Shown in pieces: positions 17,874 to 28,040 of a stretch of 64,000 nt of DNA (the first letter of the stretch is position 1; each line of letters starts with the position of its first letter). Position numbers and translations under genes: made by a program. Location: the sequence record KY499642.1. The stretch is one strand, 5' to 3'. The notes beneath the pieces were generated by a model. That model made no database searches. It had not been told where the DNA came from and worked only from the letters and a program-made list of their open reading frames with translations.

Positions 17874-20639
17874 TTACAAGTTGTTTAGGTCAACGTCATC
17901 ATCTTCTTCAACTTCCGCATCTGCATCGGTGTCAGCATCAGCGTCCGCATCCATGTCCATGTCGACATCGTCGCCGCCCATATCGAAGTCAGCATCGCCA
18001 CCTGTATCGGCATCGAAGTCCATGTCAAGGTCATCACCACCCATGTCACCGTCCATACCGTCCATGTCGCCATCCATACCGCCATCGCCGAACTCGTCGC
18101 CTTCCATACCGTCGCCGCCAAAGCCACCATCCATACCTTCTTCTTCAGGCATGTCGATGTTCTTCTTAACTGTTTCCATACGTTGCTTAGAACGTTTCAA
18201 TGCTTGCATCAAGAACGTAGAGATGTTCACTGTATCATCAGCCATAGACTTAACAAAGTCTTGACGCTTATCAGTGTCATCCAACATTTCAATCAGATCA
18301 GGCATTACGCCATTCTTACGGAACCAGTTACGACGTAGGTAGTTAGCAATCATCGCCTTACAAGAACGGATATCGTTTTCGAAGCCAGCCTCAGTTAGGA
18401 AGTCTTCATCCACGAACGCCTCAACGATTTCTTCAATCGCCTTCGACTCAACATCGTACGCATCCATCTGAGATGCCAATAGTGACATATCTGGTGGCGG
18501 TAGAGAAACATCGAAGTTATTGACGAACTCATTCAAGTGGTGTCCTAGTTCACCTTCTTTAAGCTTACGCTCGCCCTGCTCGTAGTAGTTGACAATTTCT
18601 TCAGCAAGCTTAGTCATCAAGATGCCAGAAGAGATTGTGTACGTACGACAGAAGTGTGTAATAAGAGGTGCGAACTTCTCTTGACGTTGACAGGTTTGTT
18701 TAGTCGCAATCAAGTCTTTAGAGAGTACTTGTGTAGCAAACTCAATTGAACCCGGAGACATGATTAAGTCAGGGTCAACTCCAAAACCACGGTAGTTACG
18801 TTTCGCAAGGTCTTCATCGACATCACGGTCAGGCACTTTGTAGTCAGGTGTGTTATCTGAAACACTAATCTTAGTCGATGGGTAGTAATCGTTACCTTCA
18901 ATGTTGAATGAGATACCAGCGTTCGTAAAGTACGCTTCCATATCGTCAATCGAACCAGTAAACGGAATACGACCACCATAGCCTTGCATGATACGGTGTT
19001 GTGCATCATCAATGGTCTTCTCTGGCTCACGGTCTTCTGGAGCCAGTTCAATTGTGTACTGCATGTTACGCGTTGCGTTCAGTACAGACGACTGTAGTGT
19101 AGCGAACATGATTGCAGCACGACCCGCAGTGATGATTTTGTTCTTATCAGTTAAAGAACGGCCAATACCAGCATCCGTGTAGTCAAACGCAAAGTAAGTC
19201 ATTTGCTCAGCAGGTACGTACAGAATCTGAGTTTGCTTCTTAGCCAACGAACGTGCCATCATGATACGGTACACTTCCTGTGGTCGTGTAATCGTAACCG
19301 AGTCACCGTACACACCGTTAGCCAATGCGTTCTTCAGTTTACGGTCAACCAAGTCTGCGTAACAGTCAGTCAGTTTAGCCAACGTCCACTTCTCTTGGTC
19401 AGATTTACCAAAGCCCAAACCTTCCGCAGCATCTTTCATTAACTGAGAAGTAGCGTCGCCACTAATCCATGTCCAAGCCTGAGTAGTATTCATCAAGTCA
19501 TGGCGGTTAACTGGATTACCCAACTTATCTAGCAGAACTAGATAACCAACGTGCATCTTCAAGTCGCCCGGTACGTGTACTGGAATAACTGCTTCAGATG
19601 GCATGTGTTGAACCAACGGGTGACCAACGTTAGGGCGCTTAGCAAACGTAGAGTTTGGTAGCTCTTCAATTGGACGAATGCTGTAAGGACTATCCGAGTA
19701 CATCGTGTTATCGAACTTAGAAAGCTCATCGCCTGTAGAGGTTTCTTTACCACGAACAACGTTCTCTTCATTGATGTTACGGTCAACATGACCTTCAGCC
19801 GCAATAGACGCTTCCTTGTTTTCAAAGACCTTCTTGGCAGCAGCCCATCCGGTATTATATGTGGATGAAAGCTCCTTGCGTGTCAGTGCTCTTTTGACTT
19901 GCGGGATTTTAAGAATGTCAATGTTGTCAGTCAGGTGGATATCACCGTACTTGTCAGCATGCTCTTCTACGCCGATAGTAATCTTAGCGTTTTCAGCTGT
20001 AAGAGGTTTTGACTCTTTGAGCAGACTCTCTAAACCGATAGAGGTAGACTCTTTAGGTTCTTCTGTACTACCTAGGATGTTACGGAAACCGAACTTATCT
20101 TTGAGCCTTTCTTGGATATGTTCGCGTGCAACTCCCTCACGTCCTGAGTTAATCAGCGTGTCAACAGAGCTTTCTGGAATAATCGTGACAGGGTAAGAAC
20201 CTGTCTTAAACATGACATCGTAAAGGATGTCGTACAAGTAGCTAGGCAGCTTGTATTCATCATTAAAGTGATCTGCAACGATTTTTACAAGATCGTTACG
20301 TAGTTCGAAAGGCAGGTCACCAGTACAGTCGTATACCAACGTTGTGGTGATTAAGTCTTTACTTGATAGAATACTGGAGATAGCAACCTGTGCAACCATC
20401 TCTAAATCAGGCAAGACTTCAAATGCGTTGTCCGCATCTTTAGAACGCTGGATGGTGTCACGCATCAGCGGTTGTAACTCGTGCTGTGTAGGTAAGTTAG
20501 TGACGTTATCGTCGCTAGAACGTTTACCTTTTGGAGTCACGAGTTTTGACATGATCGATTGAACTGTTTCGTCGCGTTGAAACACTGAAGAGTGAATCTT
20601 TGACGTAATCAACGATCTGCTATTACGGCTACTTTCCAT
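17874..20639 (-). CDS. Portal protein (phiKZ gp129-like)
   Basis: About 920 aa; LFEVLPDLEM-like N-terminus (AFEVLPDLEMVAQV), TGSYPVTIIPES, HVGYLVLLDKLGNP; acidic D/G/M tail; opposite strand as in phiKZ-like genomes; GAGGA SD before ATG 20639. Confidence 0.85.
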   Translation of the reverse strand: MESSRNSRSLITSKIHSSVFQRDETVQSIMSKLVTPKGKRSSDDNVTNLPTQHELQPLMRDTIQRSKDADNAFEVLPDLEMVAQVAISSILSSKDLITTTLVYDCTGDLPFELRNDLVKIVADHFNDEYKLPSYLYDILYDVMFKTGSYPVTIIPESSVDTLINSGREGVAREHIQERLKDKFGFRNILGSTEEPKESTSIGLESLLKESKPLTAENAKITIGVEEHADKYGDIHLTDNIDILKIPQVKRALTRKELSSTYNTGWAAAKKVFENKEASIAAEGHVDRNINEENVVRGKETSTGDELSKFDNTMYSDSPYSIRPIEELPNSTFAKRPNVGHPLVQHMPSEAVIPVHVPGDLKMHVGYLVLLDKLGNPVNRHDLMNTTQAWTWISGDATSQLMKDAAEGLGFGKSDQEKWTLAKLTDCYADLVDRKLKNALANGVYGDSVTITRPQEVYRIMMARSLAKKQTQILYVPAEQMTYFAFDYTDAGIGRSLTDKNKIITAGRAAIMFATLQSSVLNATRNMQYTIELAPEDREPEKTIDDAQHRIMQGYGGRIPFTGSIDDMEAYFTNAGISFNIEGNDYYPSTKISVSDNTPDYKVPDRDVDEDLAKRNYRGFGVDPDLIMSPGSIEFATQVLSKDLIATKQTCQRQEKFAPLITHFCRTYTISSGILMTKLAEEIVNYYEQGERKLKEGELGHHLNEFVNNFDVSLPPPDMSLLASQMDAYDVESKAIEEIVEAFVDEDFLTEAGFENDIRSCKAMIANYLRRNWFRKNGVMPDLIEMLDDTDKRQDFVKSMADDTVNISTFLMQALKRSKQRMETVKKNIDMPEEEGMDGGFGGDGMEGDEFGDGGMDGDMDGMDGDMGGDDLDMDFDADTGGDADFDMGGDDVDMDMDADADADTDADAEVEEDDDVDLNNL

Positions 20640-20665
20640 TACCAAGTTTCCTCGTGGTGAGTCTC

Positions 20666-22780
20666 ATGAATTATTCATTATACAAAATATTTCTAAACAG
20701 TACGATTGAGCTTGCTCGAACTATGGTCATTAAAGTTGATTGTTTCGGACAAGCAATGAATCGTAAATTGACCGATTACGGTCATGAAGTTCCTGATGAC
20801 CGCCGTGAGTGGCGGTACTATAAACATCTGGCAGGGATGTATCATCATCTTGATGAAGACATCATGATTACATCTCTGGATGATTCGACGGAGATTATCT
20901 TTAACCGTGAAAATTTAAAGCGTCATAAGAAGACGCGTTCGGTATATCTTTACAACAGGAAGTACCCTGACGCACTTAAGGAAAAGTACCCTGAACAAAC
21001 TATCCTTATTAACGGTATCTTACGACCTGTAGATATTGACACCGCTATCAATTCTTCGGACGGTACTGTATTAACTTACAATCAAGATTTGATTGAGAAG
21101 CAAGAGTACCGTTTAATTCCAGAAATTGAACAATTCGTTCGTGGTTTCCTACACCGTTACCAGATGGATAGTCTTCTGGAGGCAGAAGACATGTATGCTG
21201 TAGACCTGGCAAGTAAGCTTTATGCATTCTTACCAGTACGTCTACTTGACATACGAAACAAATACGTTCGTAGTTCGCAGACACATACGTTTCATATCAT
21301 GGCGTTCCTTGCGAGTAATCAGCGACTGGATGAGTTTGCTCCGTATCTAACATACGACCAGATGCTGTTCTTGTATCGTAACATTCTGTACATTGAACAA
21401 CACACTGGCATGCAACACACATTCAACATGCTCGTTGAACATCTGTTGACGTCACGTAACCTACCTATCTATGACTACACGCTAAGACAGCGTGACATGG
21501 ACTTAGAGGCAGGCGAGCTACAACCATACCCTATCTTCGTTAAGAACCAGTTGAACCTAAGAACAGGTTTGTCATCTCGTGACCTCAATGAATGGGAAAT
21601 CGATGACATCCTCTTTAAAGAAGTGCCGCTGGCGTCTGACAACCAAGGGTCGTACGAAGAGTATTTGGTTGAGACTGAAAAGCTAACGTCGCGCAGCTCG
21701 ATTTCAAACATCCCAACTAAACTGTTGGAGGTGTCTGCGATTGACCCTGAAGACGTTGACCCAATTAAACTGATTGATGTGTTAATCAACGAATGGATGC
21801 ATCAGGCAGCTACGGGCATGTACTCTACTCAGATGGAAATTATTAACCCTCTGAATGGTGATACAATCCGTCTTGACCCGAAAGGGATGTTCTTGCTTTA
21901 CATCTACTCTCATGCTGCGGGTTTCCACGGTATTGAGATGAAAGAGATTCCGACATTCATTGCTAAGCAGGTATTGCGTAAGCGTTGGATTGATGAATCG
22001 GAATACTTGAAGATTCTAGAGCACGACCATTTCAATGGATGGGATGATGAGATTGAGTTCTTTACCAATACGCATCCAGTCCAGTTCGTCGAAGCATTGA
22101 CACCTGAAGAGTTCCTAGAGCAAGCTCTAGAACTACTCAAACGTCAACGTGTTCGACATCAGTATGCTTTCCAAGCACACCGTCATACTAACCGTACTGG
22201 CCGACGTGTGATGTACCACTACAACTACATCGATGCTTTCTGCGACTTTAAAGAAGAGTTCATTCAGGACTTTAATGACTTCTTTATGTATATCGCATTA
22301 GACAAAGAGAAGATGTCAGCGGATGCTTGGAAGGACTTAGCCATGCAAGCCTTAGATAAGGCAACCTTGTTTGGCTCAATGAACCGTATCAGTTTGAAAG
22401 AGATTCAAGCGGCTATGGTTCGACTCTTCCGACGTTTAAGTAGTTACACTGTCCAATTTATCGAAGAGATTGTTGGTGGTGAAGCTACAGTTGCAGACCC
22501 ACTCTGTGCTATCTTAGGTGATACATTCGAGGAAGGTGAGGGTGATGGACATACTCGTGACATGACAACTACCGTAGAGAATGTGGATATATTCTCATTT
22601 GGTAGTGCTGACGTTACTAGACCAGTTTCTACTATCGTCAAAGCTGAGTTGATTGAAGATCGTTCGTTCGATATTTATCTACATGTTAAGGCTACTGCTG
22701 ACGAGATGGCTGAAGTACACTTCAATGCTACAAGACCTTCTACAAGCGTACGTGCCTATACGGTGGAGGAGTTGCAGTAA
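20666..22780 (+). CDS. Virion structural protein (baseplate wedge-like)
   Basis: About 704 aa; WRYYKHLAGMYH and SLDDSTEIIF motifs of phiKZ-like structural protein found head-to-head with portal. Confidence 0.65.
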   Translation: MNYSLYKIFLNSTIELARTMVIKVDCFGQAMNRKLTDYGHEVPDDRREWRYYKHLAGMYHHLDEDIMITSLDDSTEIIFNRENLKRHKKTRSVYLYNRKYPDALKEKYPEQTILINGILRPVDIDTAINSSDGTVLTYNQDLIEKQEYRLIPEIEQFVRGFLHRYQMDSLLEAEDMYAVDLASKLYAFLPVRLLDIRNKYVRSSQTHTFHIMAFLASNQRLDEFAPYLTYDQMLFLYRNILYIEQHTGMQHTFNMLVEHLLTSRNLPIYDYTLRQRDMDLEAGELQPYPIFVKNQLNLRTGLSSRDLNEWEIDDILFKEVPLASDNQGSYEEYLVETEKLTSRSSISNIPTKLLEVSAIDPEDVDPIKLIDVLINEWMHQAATGMYSTQMEIINPLNGDTIRLDPKGMFLLYIYSHAAGFHGIEMKEIPTFIAKQVLRKRWIDESEYLKILEHDHFNGWDDEIEFFTNTHPVQFVEALTPEEFLEQALELLKRQRVRHQYAFQAHRHTNRTGRRVMYHYNYIDAFCDFKEEFIQDFNDFFMYIALDKEKMSADAWKDLAMQALDKATLFGSMNRISLKEIQAAMVRLFRRLSSYTVQFIEEIVGGEATVADPLCAILGDTFEEGEGDGHTRDMTTTVENVDIFSFGSADVTRPVSTIVKAELIEDRSFDIYLHVKATADEMAEVHFNATRPSTSVRAYTVEELQ

Positions 22781-22852
22781 TTTATTAAGTAATAGGCGGA
22801 ATCCTATGACGACGGTTAGTACTTCAACTTAATTAAGATCAACGAGGCAAAC

Positions 22853-23341
22853 ATGATTAAACAAGACATGTCCTTGCCGCCTGAAGAATTTCTCCTTAGC
22901 GTAATTAATCATAAGTACGATAAGAACTTCACGTTCAATGACTTTTATTTCGGTGAGCGAAAAGATGTAGACATTTACGGTTGTGAAAGCATGATTTACA
23001 TGCATGCAAATCCAAATGGTCCTTACACAGGTACCATCCGTGCCTACTACAATCGCGTACAGTTGGATGAGTTTCTTGAGGGACAATTCTTAACAGTCGG
23101 TTGGCGTGAGTTTTTTGACACAGACGATTTATTGGGTGAGGTTTTAGCGCAGTTGGGTATCAACCTTGGGCGGGGTGATATTATCAGTGATATCATTGAT
23201 CCAGATGCGCAAACAACAAAGATTCGAATTTCAAACCGATCCATTGCATACCGTGGCTACGTTCCGGTGTTGTTTATGGGTCACCCAAATTCATTGTCGA
23301 GTCGAGTGCAGTCTACTGTACTTAATGGCTTTTCAACATAA
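22853..23341 (+). CDS. Virion fibre/baseplate family protein (N-domain only)
   Basis: 162 aa; YYNRVQL, SIAYRG and C-terminal STVLNGF shared with 28530, 29200 and 39844-43911 genes. Confidence 0.6.
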   Translation: MIKQDMSLPPEEFLLSVINHKYDKNFTFNDFYFGERKDVDIYGCESMIYMHANPNGPYTGTIRAYYNRVQLDEFLEGQFLTVGWREFFDTDDLLGEVLAQLGINLGRGDIISDIIDPDAQTTKIRISNRSIAYRGYVPVLFMGHPNSLSSRVQSTVLNGFST

Positions 23342-23359
23342 ATTTATTAGAGGTGTGCT

Positions 23360-24310
23360 GTGAGTACTGAAACCAAAGCATATGACGGTAAACACGTAAC
23401 AAACGCGTTAGCGGGTCTTTCCCTGCAAACAACTTTGCTTATGGGTCTACCGATGGAGTTTAAACAAAAGTCAACGCTCAATGAGCATTTGGCTATTAAC
23501 CGTGAGATTATTCCAAGCGAAGATTCTCGTCCGGTTATGAAATACCTGTGTCTAGGTAACGGTGGTCACGTAGTTTCGGCTGAAGACAATCTGGCTACTC
23601 CAATCCCTATTGAACACCAACCTACCGATGCTGCCCCATACAACATCATCCCGCTGGTTATGCGTCCTATCGACAAAGACCTAAGTGATGAGTTGCGTGA
23701 GAACTACGCATTGCGTAAGCAGGTGGAATACAGTGGACGACGTTATTGGGCATACTACCTGAAACGTCTAGACTGGCGTGGTATTCGTGTTAAAGAATAC
23801 TACACTAAGGTGCGCGATGGTATTAAGACAGTTTCTGATTTTGAATACTCAGATAAGAACCTGTTCCCAACACCGCCAGAAATGCCGGACTACAACTACG
23901 AAGTTTCCGATCAGGTTACTCCTAACGATGGTGACTACGTACACTCATCTGCGTCTACTCGTATCGAGCTAAACGAATTTGATGTACAAGAGCTGCTTAA
24001 TGTAGCAAGCATCATTTATGGTGACCCTCGTAAAGCAGTGGTTTCAGAGTTCTGTTTGACGTCTGGTGTTGACACTATCGCTACTGGCGAAAGTGCTGTA
24101 GGTTCTCCATTCCAGTACATGGAGTGTATGGGCACACAAATCAGCATCTTCCTGACAACGTTCACTAACATGGCATACCAAAATAAAGGCGTGGCATATA
24201 CACTGGATGTGGGTAACACAGAGCCTATGGTTCTTGCACCGGGTCAAATCCCTAACCAAACTGGTACAGCAGCAGAAGCAGTTCCATCAGTTGGTAACAC
24301 ATTAGTGTAA
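23360..24310 (+). CDS. phiKZ-like virion structural protein
   Basis: 316 aa, GTG start; YLCLGNGGH, IPLVMRP, AYYLKRLD motifs remembered from phiKZ-like baseplate proteins. Confidence 0.65.
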   Translation: MSTETKAYDGKHVTNALAGLSLQTTLLMGLPMEFKQKSTLNEHLAINREIIPSEDSRPVMKYLCLGNGGHVVSAEDNLATPIPIEHQPTDAAPYNIIPLVMRPIDKDLSDELRENYALRKQVEYSGRRYWAYYLKRLDWRGIRVKEYYTKVRDGIKTVSDFEYSDKNLFPTPPEMPDYNYEVSDQVTPNDGDYVHSSASTRIELNEFDVQELLNVASIIYGDPRKAVVSEFCLTSGVDTIATGESAVGSPFQYMECMGTQISIFLTTFTNMAYQNKGVAYTLDVGNTEPMVLAPGQIPNQTGTAAEAVPSVGNTLV

Positions 24311-24320
24311 GGAGTAGTGT

Positions 24321-24971
24321 ATGGAGTTCCCACCGGAAGCTGGACCGGATATCATTCGATTGATTGGTCTTGACCCCGGCACGGATACTCTAGGTGCTGC
24401 CGTCATGGATGTAAACATGGATACGTATGAACCAACGATTGTGTTTGGGGAAACGCACCATGCGTCTAAGGCTGCAAAAGACATTACTTGGAAACAAGAA
24501 ATTCGAGGTGGGCGTGATGTCCGCCTCGAAATGCACCGGAGATATTTGTCCGAGCTGTTTGATTACACTGCCCCTGCGGCAGTAGCGGCAGAATCACCGT
24601 TCCTTAAGTTTGGCCGAGTGACTTCGTTTGAAGCACTGGTAGAATGCTACGCTGTGTTGAGGGATACGTTATGGGATTACAGTCCTAGTATGTATCTAAG
24701 ACGCATCGACCCAATTACTGCTAAGAACTATGTAGGTGTCAGCCATATCGGCACTGACAAAGATGATGTACGAAAAGCGGTGATTGCACTTTATAAAGAT
24801 AAGTGTGCTGAGGGTGTTGACATCATGTCTTTTGATGAACACACAATCGATGCCATCGCTGTGACGCATTGTCTACTACAGAAGTACTTACTCAATGTAG
24901 AAATTGCATCGAGTAAGAAGAAAAAGAAACGTGGCGGTAGACGCCGACGTAAGAAAGGTAAGAAAGGGTAA
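24321..24971 (+). CDS. ruvC: RuvC-like Holliday junction resolvase
   Basis: IGLDPGT, AVAAESPF, K..VG....DKDDV, DEHTIDAIAV carry the RuvC acidic catalytic residues. Confidence 0.85.
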   Translation: MEFPPEAGPDIIRLIGLDPGTDTLGAAVMDVNMDTYEPTIVFGETHHASKAAKDITWKQEIRGGRDVRLEMHRRYLSELFDYTAPAAVAAESPFLKFGRVTSFEALVECYAVLRDTLWDYSPSMYLRRIDPITAKNYVGVSHIGTDKDDVRKAVIALYKDKCAEGVDIMSFDEHTIDAIAVTHCLLQKYLLNVEIASSKKKKKRGGRRRRKKGKKG

Positions 24972-24975
24972 CGCT

Positions 24976-25491
24976 ATGAACATTGGTTCTATTTTGAAAG
25001 CGGCTGGTCGCGGCGTCCTGAAAGAAGTCCCCTTAGGTGGCTTAGTTCTTGACGTAGTGGAAGCTGCTATCGGTGAAGACTTTGACCGTGACAAGACCAC
25101 AGGTCTTGATGTGGAGCGTGCGATTGAAAAGCTCTCTCCTGACCACAAGGTCAAAATCCTGACCAAACAGCTGGATTCAACTGCTCGCGCTATTGAGTCC
25201 CGTACTGAACTGAAGAAGAAGATGGAAGAAGATGGCCCGCAGTCTCGTGCTCGTGCTAAGATTGCAATGCTGATTGCTGTCGTGATTCTGGTTCTGTCTT
25301 GTGGCTTCGGTTTGATGTTAGGTCATGCCTACATCTACAAAGGCATCATGCCGTCACTGGAATCGTTAGTTGTAGTCTTCGCACTACCAGTCATTGCACT
25401 GCTAACGTTTTTCGGTGTGGATACAAAAGCCTTCCAAGGCATTATCGTGGATATCATTTCGCGTGGCCTTATCAAAGGTAAGCTTAAGTAG
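24976..25491 (+). CDS. Holin-like membrane protein (GTA 3TM-holin-like)
   Basis: Amphipathic N-terminus, coiled region, RARAK then two hydrophobic segments ending LLTFFG; basic C-terminus. Confidence 0.55.
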   Translation: MNIGSILKAAGRGVLKEVPLGGLVLDVVEAAIGEDFDRDKTTGLDVERAIEKLSPDHKVKILTKQLDSTARAIESRTELKKKMEEDGPQSRARAKIAMLIAVVILVLSCGFGLMLGHAYIYKGIMPSLESLVVVFALPVIALLTFFGVDTKAFQGIIVDIISRGLIKGKLK

Positions 25492-25500
25492 AGTAAACGT

Positions 25501-25532
25501 ATGGGTGGCTTCGGCCATCCATATCTTTTTTT
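25501..25532 (+). terminator. Intrinsic terminator
   Basis: ATGGGTGGC-TTCG-GCCATCCAT plus T7. Confidence 0.85.
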
Positions 25533-25575
25533 GTCTTTTATTACAGGTATTCGTATTCTTTGTATAATTAGTGTC

Positions 25576-26097
25576 ATGGATAAAACAATGAAACACAAAA
25601 GAATTTCTGATACAGTAGTCGACGTCACTGGGTTGTACTGTAATATGAAGTATCCTGACCGGATGCTACAGTGGAGTTTAAAAGGGCAGTTCTTTCGTAA
25701 GGCGTTATGTTGGTATCTAGAATATCGTTTTACGGCATACGTGCGTAGTCTTACCGATGAGAAGCGTCGTCACCATATGGTGAATCATTGTACGCAATAT
25801 ATCATGCAAGATATCGCAGTACGTCACCGTGACGACCCTACGCAGTTAGTGCGTGCTATATTGACGGCTTTCTTCAACCATGTGGAAGTCTTCCTACGTA
25901 ACCCTGCCATAGATTACTTAGACAAGGAACCGTTAGTGCAATTTACTCAATTGGATATGCCAAGTGATCACCCTTACAAGTTTAAGCTACTTAAACCAAA
26001 AAAAGAAAACCGTACTAAGGTTGACCCATTCGGTTTCCGAGTGTTGGGTAAGAAACATTACTACTTAGCATTGCGCCAAGGAGGCGATGATGAATAA
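25576..26097 (+). CDS. Hypothetical protein
   Basis: ORF start moved past terminator (25576 or 25588). Confidence 0.65.
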   Translation: MDKTMKHKRISDTVVDVTGLYCNMKYPDRMLQWSLKGQFFRKALCWYLEYRFTAYVRSLTDEKRRHHMVNHCTQYIMQDIAVRHRDDPTQLVRAILTAFFNHVEVFLRNPAIDYLDKEPLVQFTQLDMPSDHPYKFKLLKPKKENRTKVDPFGFRVLGKKHYYLALRQGGDDE

Positions 26098-26527
26098 CGT
26101 TCCAGTACATGGTGTGAACATAGACCAGTTATCAGAAGCTGTAGGAATCAGCACAGTGCGTTTATACGACATGATGACAGACATGTTCAAGTCTACCCGT
26201 TTAGACCCGTGTGTGGGCGTTACACGCATCGGAAACAACATCGTCTTCTTCTTTAGTGCTGCAACTGAGCATTATGGTTACAACAACTTCAATGAAGAAC
26301 TGTTGAAGAAGATACGTTTTGCTGAGACGCATTATGTCTGTGGTGCTGAAGCTATCTTCCTAGCAAGTCGTAATGCCATTTACGAGTATGGTGAAGAAAC
26401 GGATAAGTTGGTCGACCTAGAAACACTCAAAGGCCATCTAGAACGCGGTGAAGGGATACTGACTGCGCACGACTTAATCCCATTGACAATGGACTTAATC
26501 AATGACGACGTACGACCAATGTCCTAG
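26087..26527 (+). CDS. Hypothetical protein with possible N-terminal HTH
   Basis: IDQLSEAVGISTVRLYDMM fits the xxxLAxxxGISxxxLY HTH pattern; GGAGG SD. Confidence 0.5.
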   Translation: MMNNVPVHGVNIDQLSEAVGISTVRLYDMMTDMFKSTRLDPCVGVTRIGNNIVFFFSAATEHYGYNNFNEELLKKIRFAETHYVCGAEAIFLASRNAIYEYGEETDKLVDLETLKGHLERGEGILTAHDLIPLTMDLINDDVRPMS

Positions 26528-26855
26528 AGATATTAAAGCGTTAGCAAAGCATCACGGTGTGCTCATAACGCAACTTTCTCAGGAGATATCTAAGGAAATG
26601 CGGTTGTGTAACAAAATGATGTGCATGGATGAGGTCATCACTATGGGGACCTTCTCAGACCCAGAGTTACGCACCGCTATCTTTTATCACGAACTGGCAC
26701 ATATTGAAATGGGTTTAACCAGAGCCTGTACTTATGAAGAAGAACGTGAGGTGTGGCGAGTTGCATTCAAGAACATGCGTCGTTTAGGTTTCCTACCACC
26801 TTACTCCGTCCTTAAGCAATGTATCAAACAACTTTATGAGTACCGCAATGACTAA
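26502..26855 (+). CDS. ImmA/IrrE-like zinc metallopeptidase
   Basis: DIKALAKHHGV N-terminus, R.AIFYHELAH (HExxH) and downstream EEERE third-ligand Glu. Confidence 0.7.
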   Translation: MTTYDQCPRDIKALAKHHGVLITQLSQEISKEMRLCNKMMCMDEVITMGTFSDPELRTAIFYHELAHIEMGLTRACTYEEEREVWRVAFKNMRRLGFLPPYSVLKQCIKQLYEYRND

Positions 26856-27492
26856 TCTGAATATCCCAAAGTGGGCTAAGGAAAACCCACAGACTTTTAA
26901 GTGTCATCTTTCGTCTAAAGCCTTTAACGATATCAACAACGACCTGCGTTGGTATTTTAACCGTTGGGTAATGTGCACTGACGAATGGTGTCATTTCACG
27001 AAGTCTCCTACGGACATCGTGCGTGATGCTATCGTAAACAGCTGTGTACGTGTCGCTACCGATAACTTCTGGAACATTTTGCACTGCAATAAGTCAGACC
27101 TTGCTAAGAAGATTGGTCTACCTATTCTTACTGCACATTCGTTAGATTATGCAGGAGTTGGTCATATCTTAGCGAAGCACTTGATGGATGCTATCCGCCG
27201 TGGTGACATCATCGTACAAGTCAAGTACAAATGGCGTGTCGGTAAGTATGCCTTCTTACCAGAAATCCAATTGGTGCAGAAGGGTTATCCAACGCGTCTA
27301 GATCAAAACCTAGGACGTGCTGTTAAAGTAACGCGTGCGTATCACAACATCAAAGATACGGCTAGCCGTACGAAGTTTAAAGACCTTATCTATAAACATC
27401 GCGACTACTACTACGGTCCTTACACTTCTGCTGAAGAAGAGAAGGAATACGTGGTACCGAAGTACGCACTTGAGTTCTCGGAGAAAAAATGA
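26836..27492 (+). CDS. Hypothetical protein
   Basis: 218-aa ORF overlapping neighbours. Confidence 0.65.
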   Translation: MSTAMTNLNIPKWAKENPQTFKCHLSSKAFNDINNDLRWYFNRWVMCTDEWCHFTKSPTDIVRDAIVNSCVRVATDNFWNILHCNKSDLAKKIGLPILTAHSLDYAGVGHILAKHLMDAIRRGDIIVQVKYKWRVGKYAFLPEIQLVQKGYPTRLDQNLGRAVKVTRAYHNIKDTASRTKFKDLIYKHRDYYYGPYTSAEEEKEYVVPKYALEFSEKK

Positions 27493-27962
27493 GTAGAGTA
27501 ATTGAAATCCGTAATCACTACCTAGCCAAATGGCCAAAGCTTAAGGAGTTCGTCGATGAACGTCCGGGCACTATCTGCTTGGGTATTCAGGTAGATGAAG
27601 ATATCGAAGCGGTAATGTTGGTAGGCGGTAGTCGTATCCATCACATCCATGTGAAGGAAGAGTCTCGTCGTGGTGGGTTTGGTTCGGAGTTGGTAGCTTA
27701 TGCCGTCCGTAACTATTCTAACGGTGAGAAGATGCGTTGCGTCGTTGCACCGAACAACACTGCGGCAGTACGTATGTTCATGAACTGTGACTTTGGCGTC
27801 GTTGGTAAAGACGTGACGTGGGGTGACAATCGTTACGTTATGGAACATGGAATGCAATGGGAATTCAAAGGCGTAGATCCTCTGTTAGAGATGAAGGCCG
27901 AATTTGAAGACATGGCAGACCACCTTTACGTTGTAGAGGCTGCGCCAGTCCGTATTAAGTAA
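27489..27962 (+). CDS. GNAT-family acetyltransferase
   Basis: IHHIHVKEESRRGGFGSEL (acetyl-CoA motif A) and VAPNNTAAVRMF (motif B). Confidence 0.85.
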   Translation: MSRVIEIRNHYLAKWPKLKEFVDERPGTICLGIQVDEDIEAVMLVGGSRIHHIHVKEESRRGGFGSELVAYAVRNYSNGEKMRCVVAPNNTAAVRMFMNCDFGVVGKDVTWGDNRYVMEHGMQWEFKGVDPLLEMKAEFEDMADHLYVVEAAPVRIK

Positions 27963-27971
27963 TTCCCGAAC

Positions 27972-28003
27972 AAAAATCTTTTCAGATATATATCATTCTA
28001 GTG
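27972..28003 (+). promoter_or_regulatory. Class A promoter-like motif
   Basis: AAAAATCTTTTC-AGATATATATCAT-TCT-AGTG. Confidence 0.75.
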
Positions 28004-28040
28004 ATATCAATTGATAAAAGACTTTTAATGGGAGCTTATT

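Noticed and set aside
17881-18264. Ser/Ala-rich + strand ORF (127 aa) and 17870/17885 ORFs
   Set aside because: Shadow frames of the portal's repetitive acidic tail; no SD or promoter
24904-25575. ORF-track starts at 24904 and 25501 (likewise 6049, 17027, 37782, 44110, 57683, 59017, 61245, 63344)
   Set aside because: These extensions read through terminators or SD sequences; downstream ATGs with GGAG-type SDs were used instead
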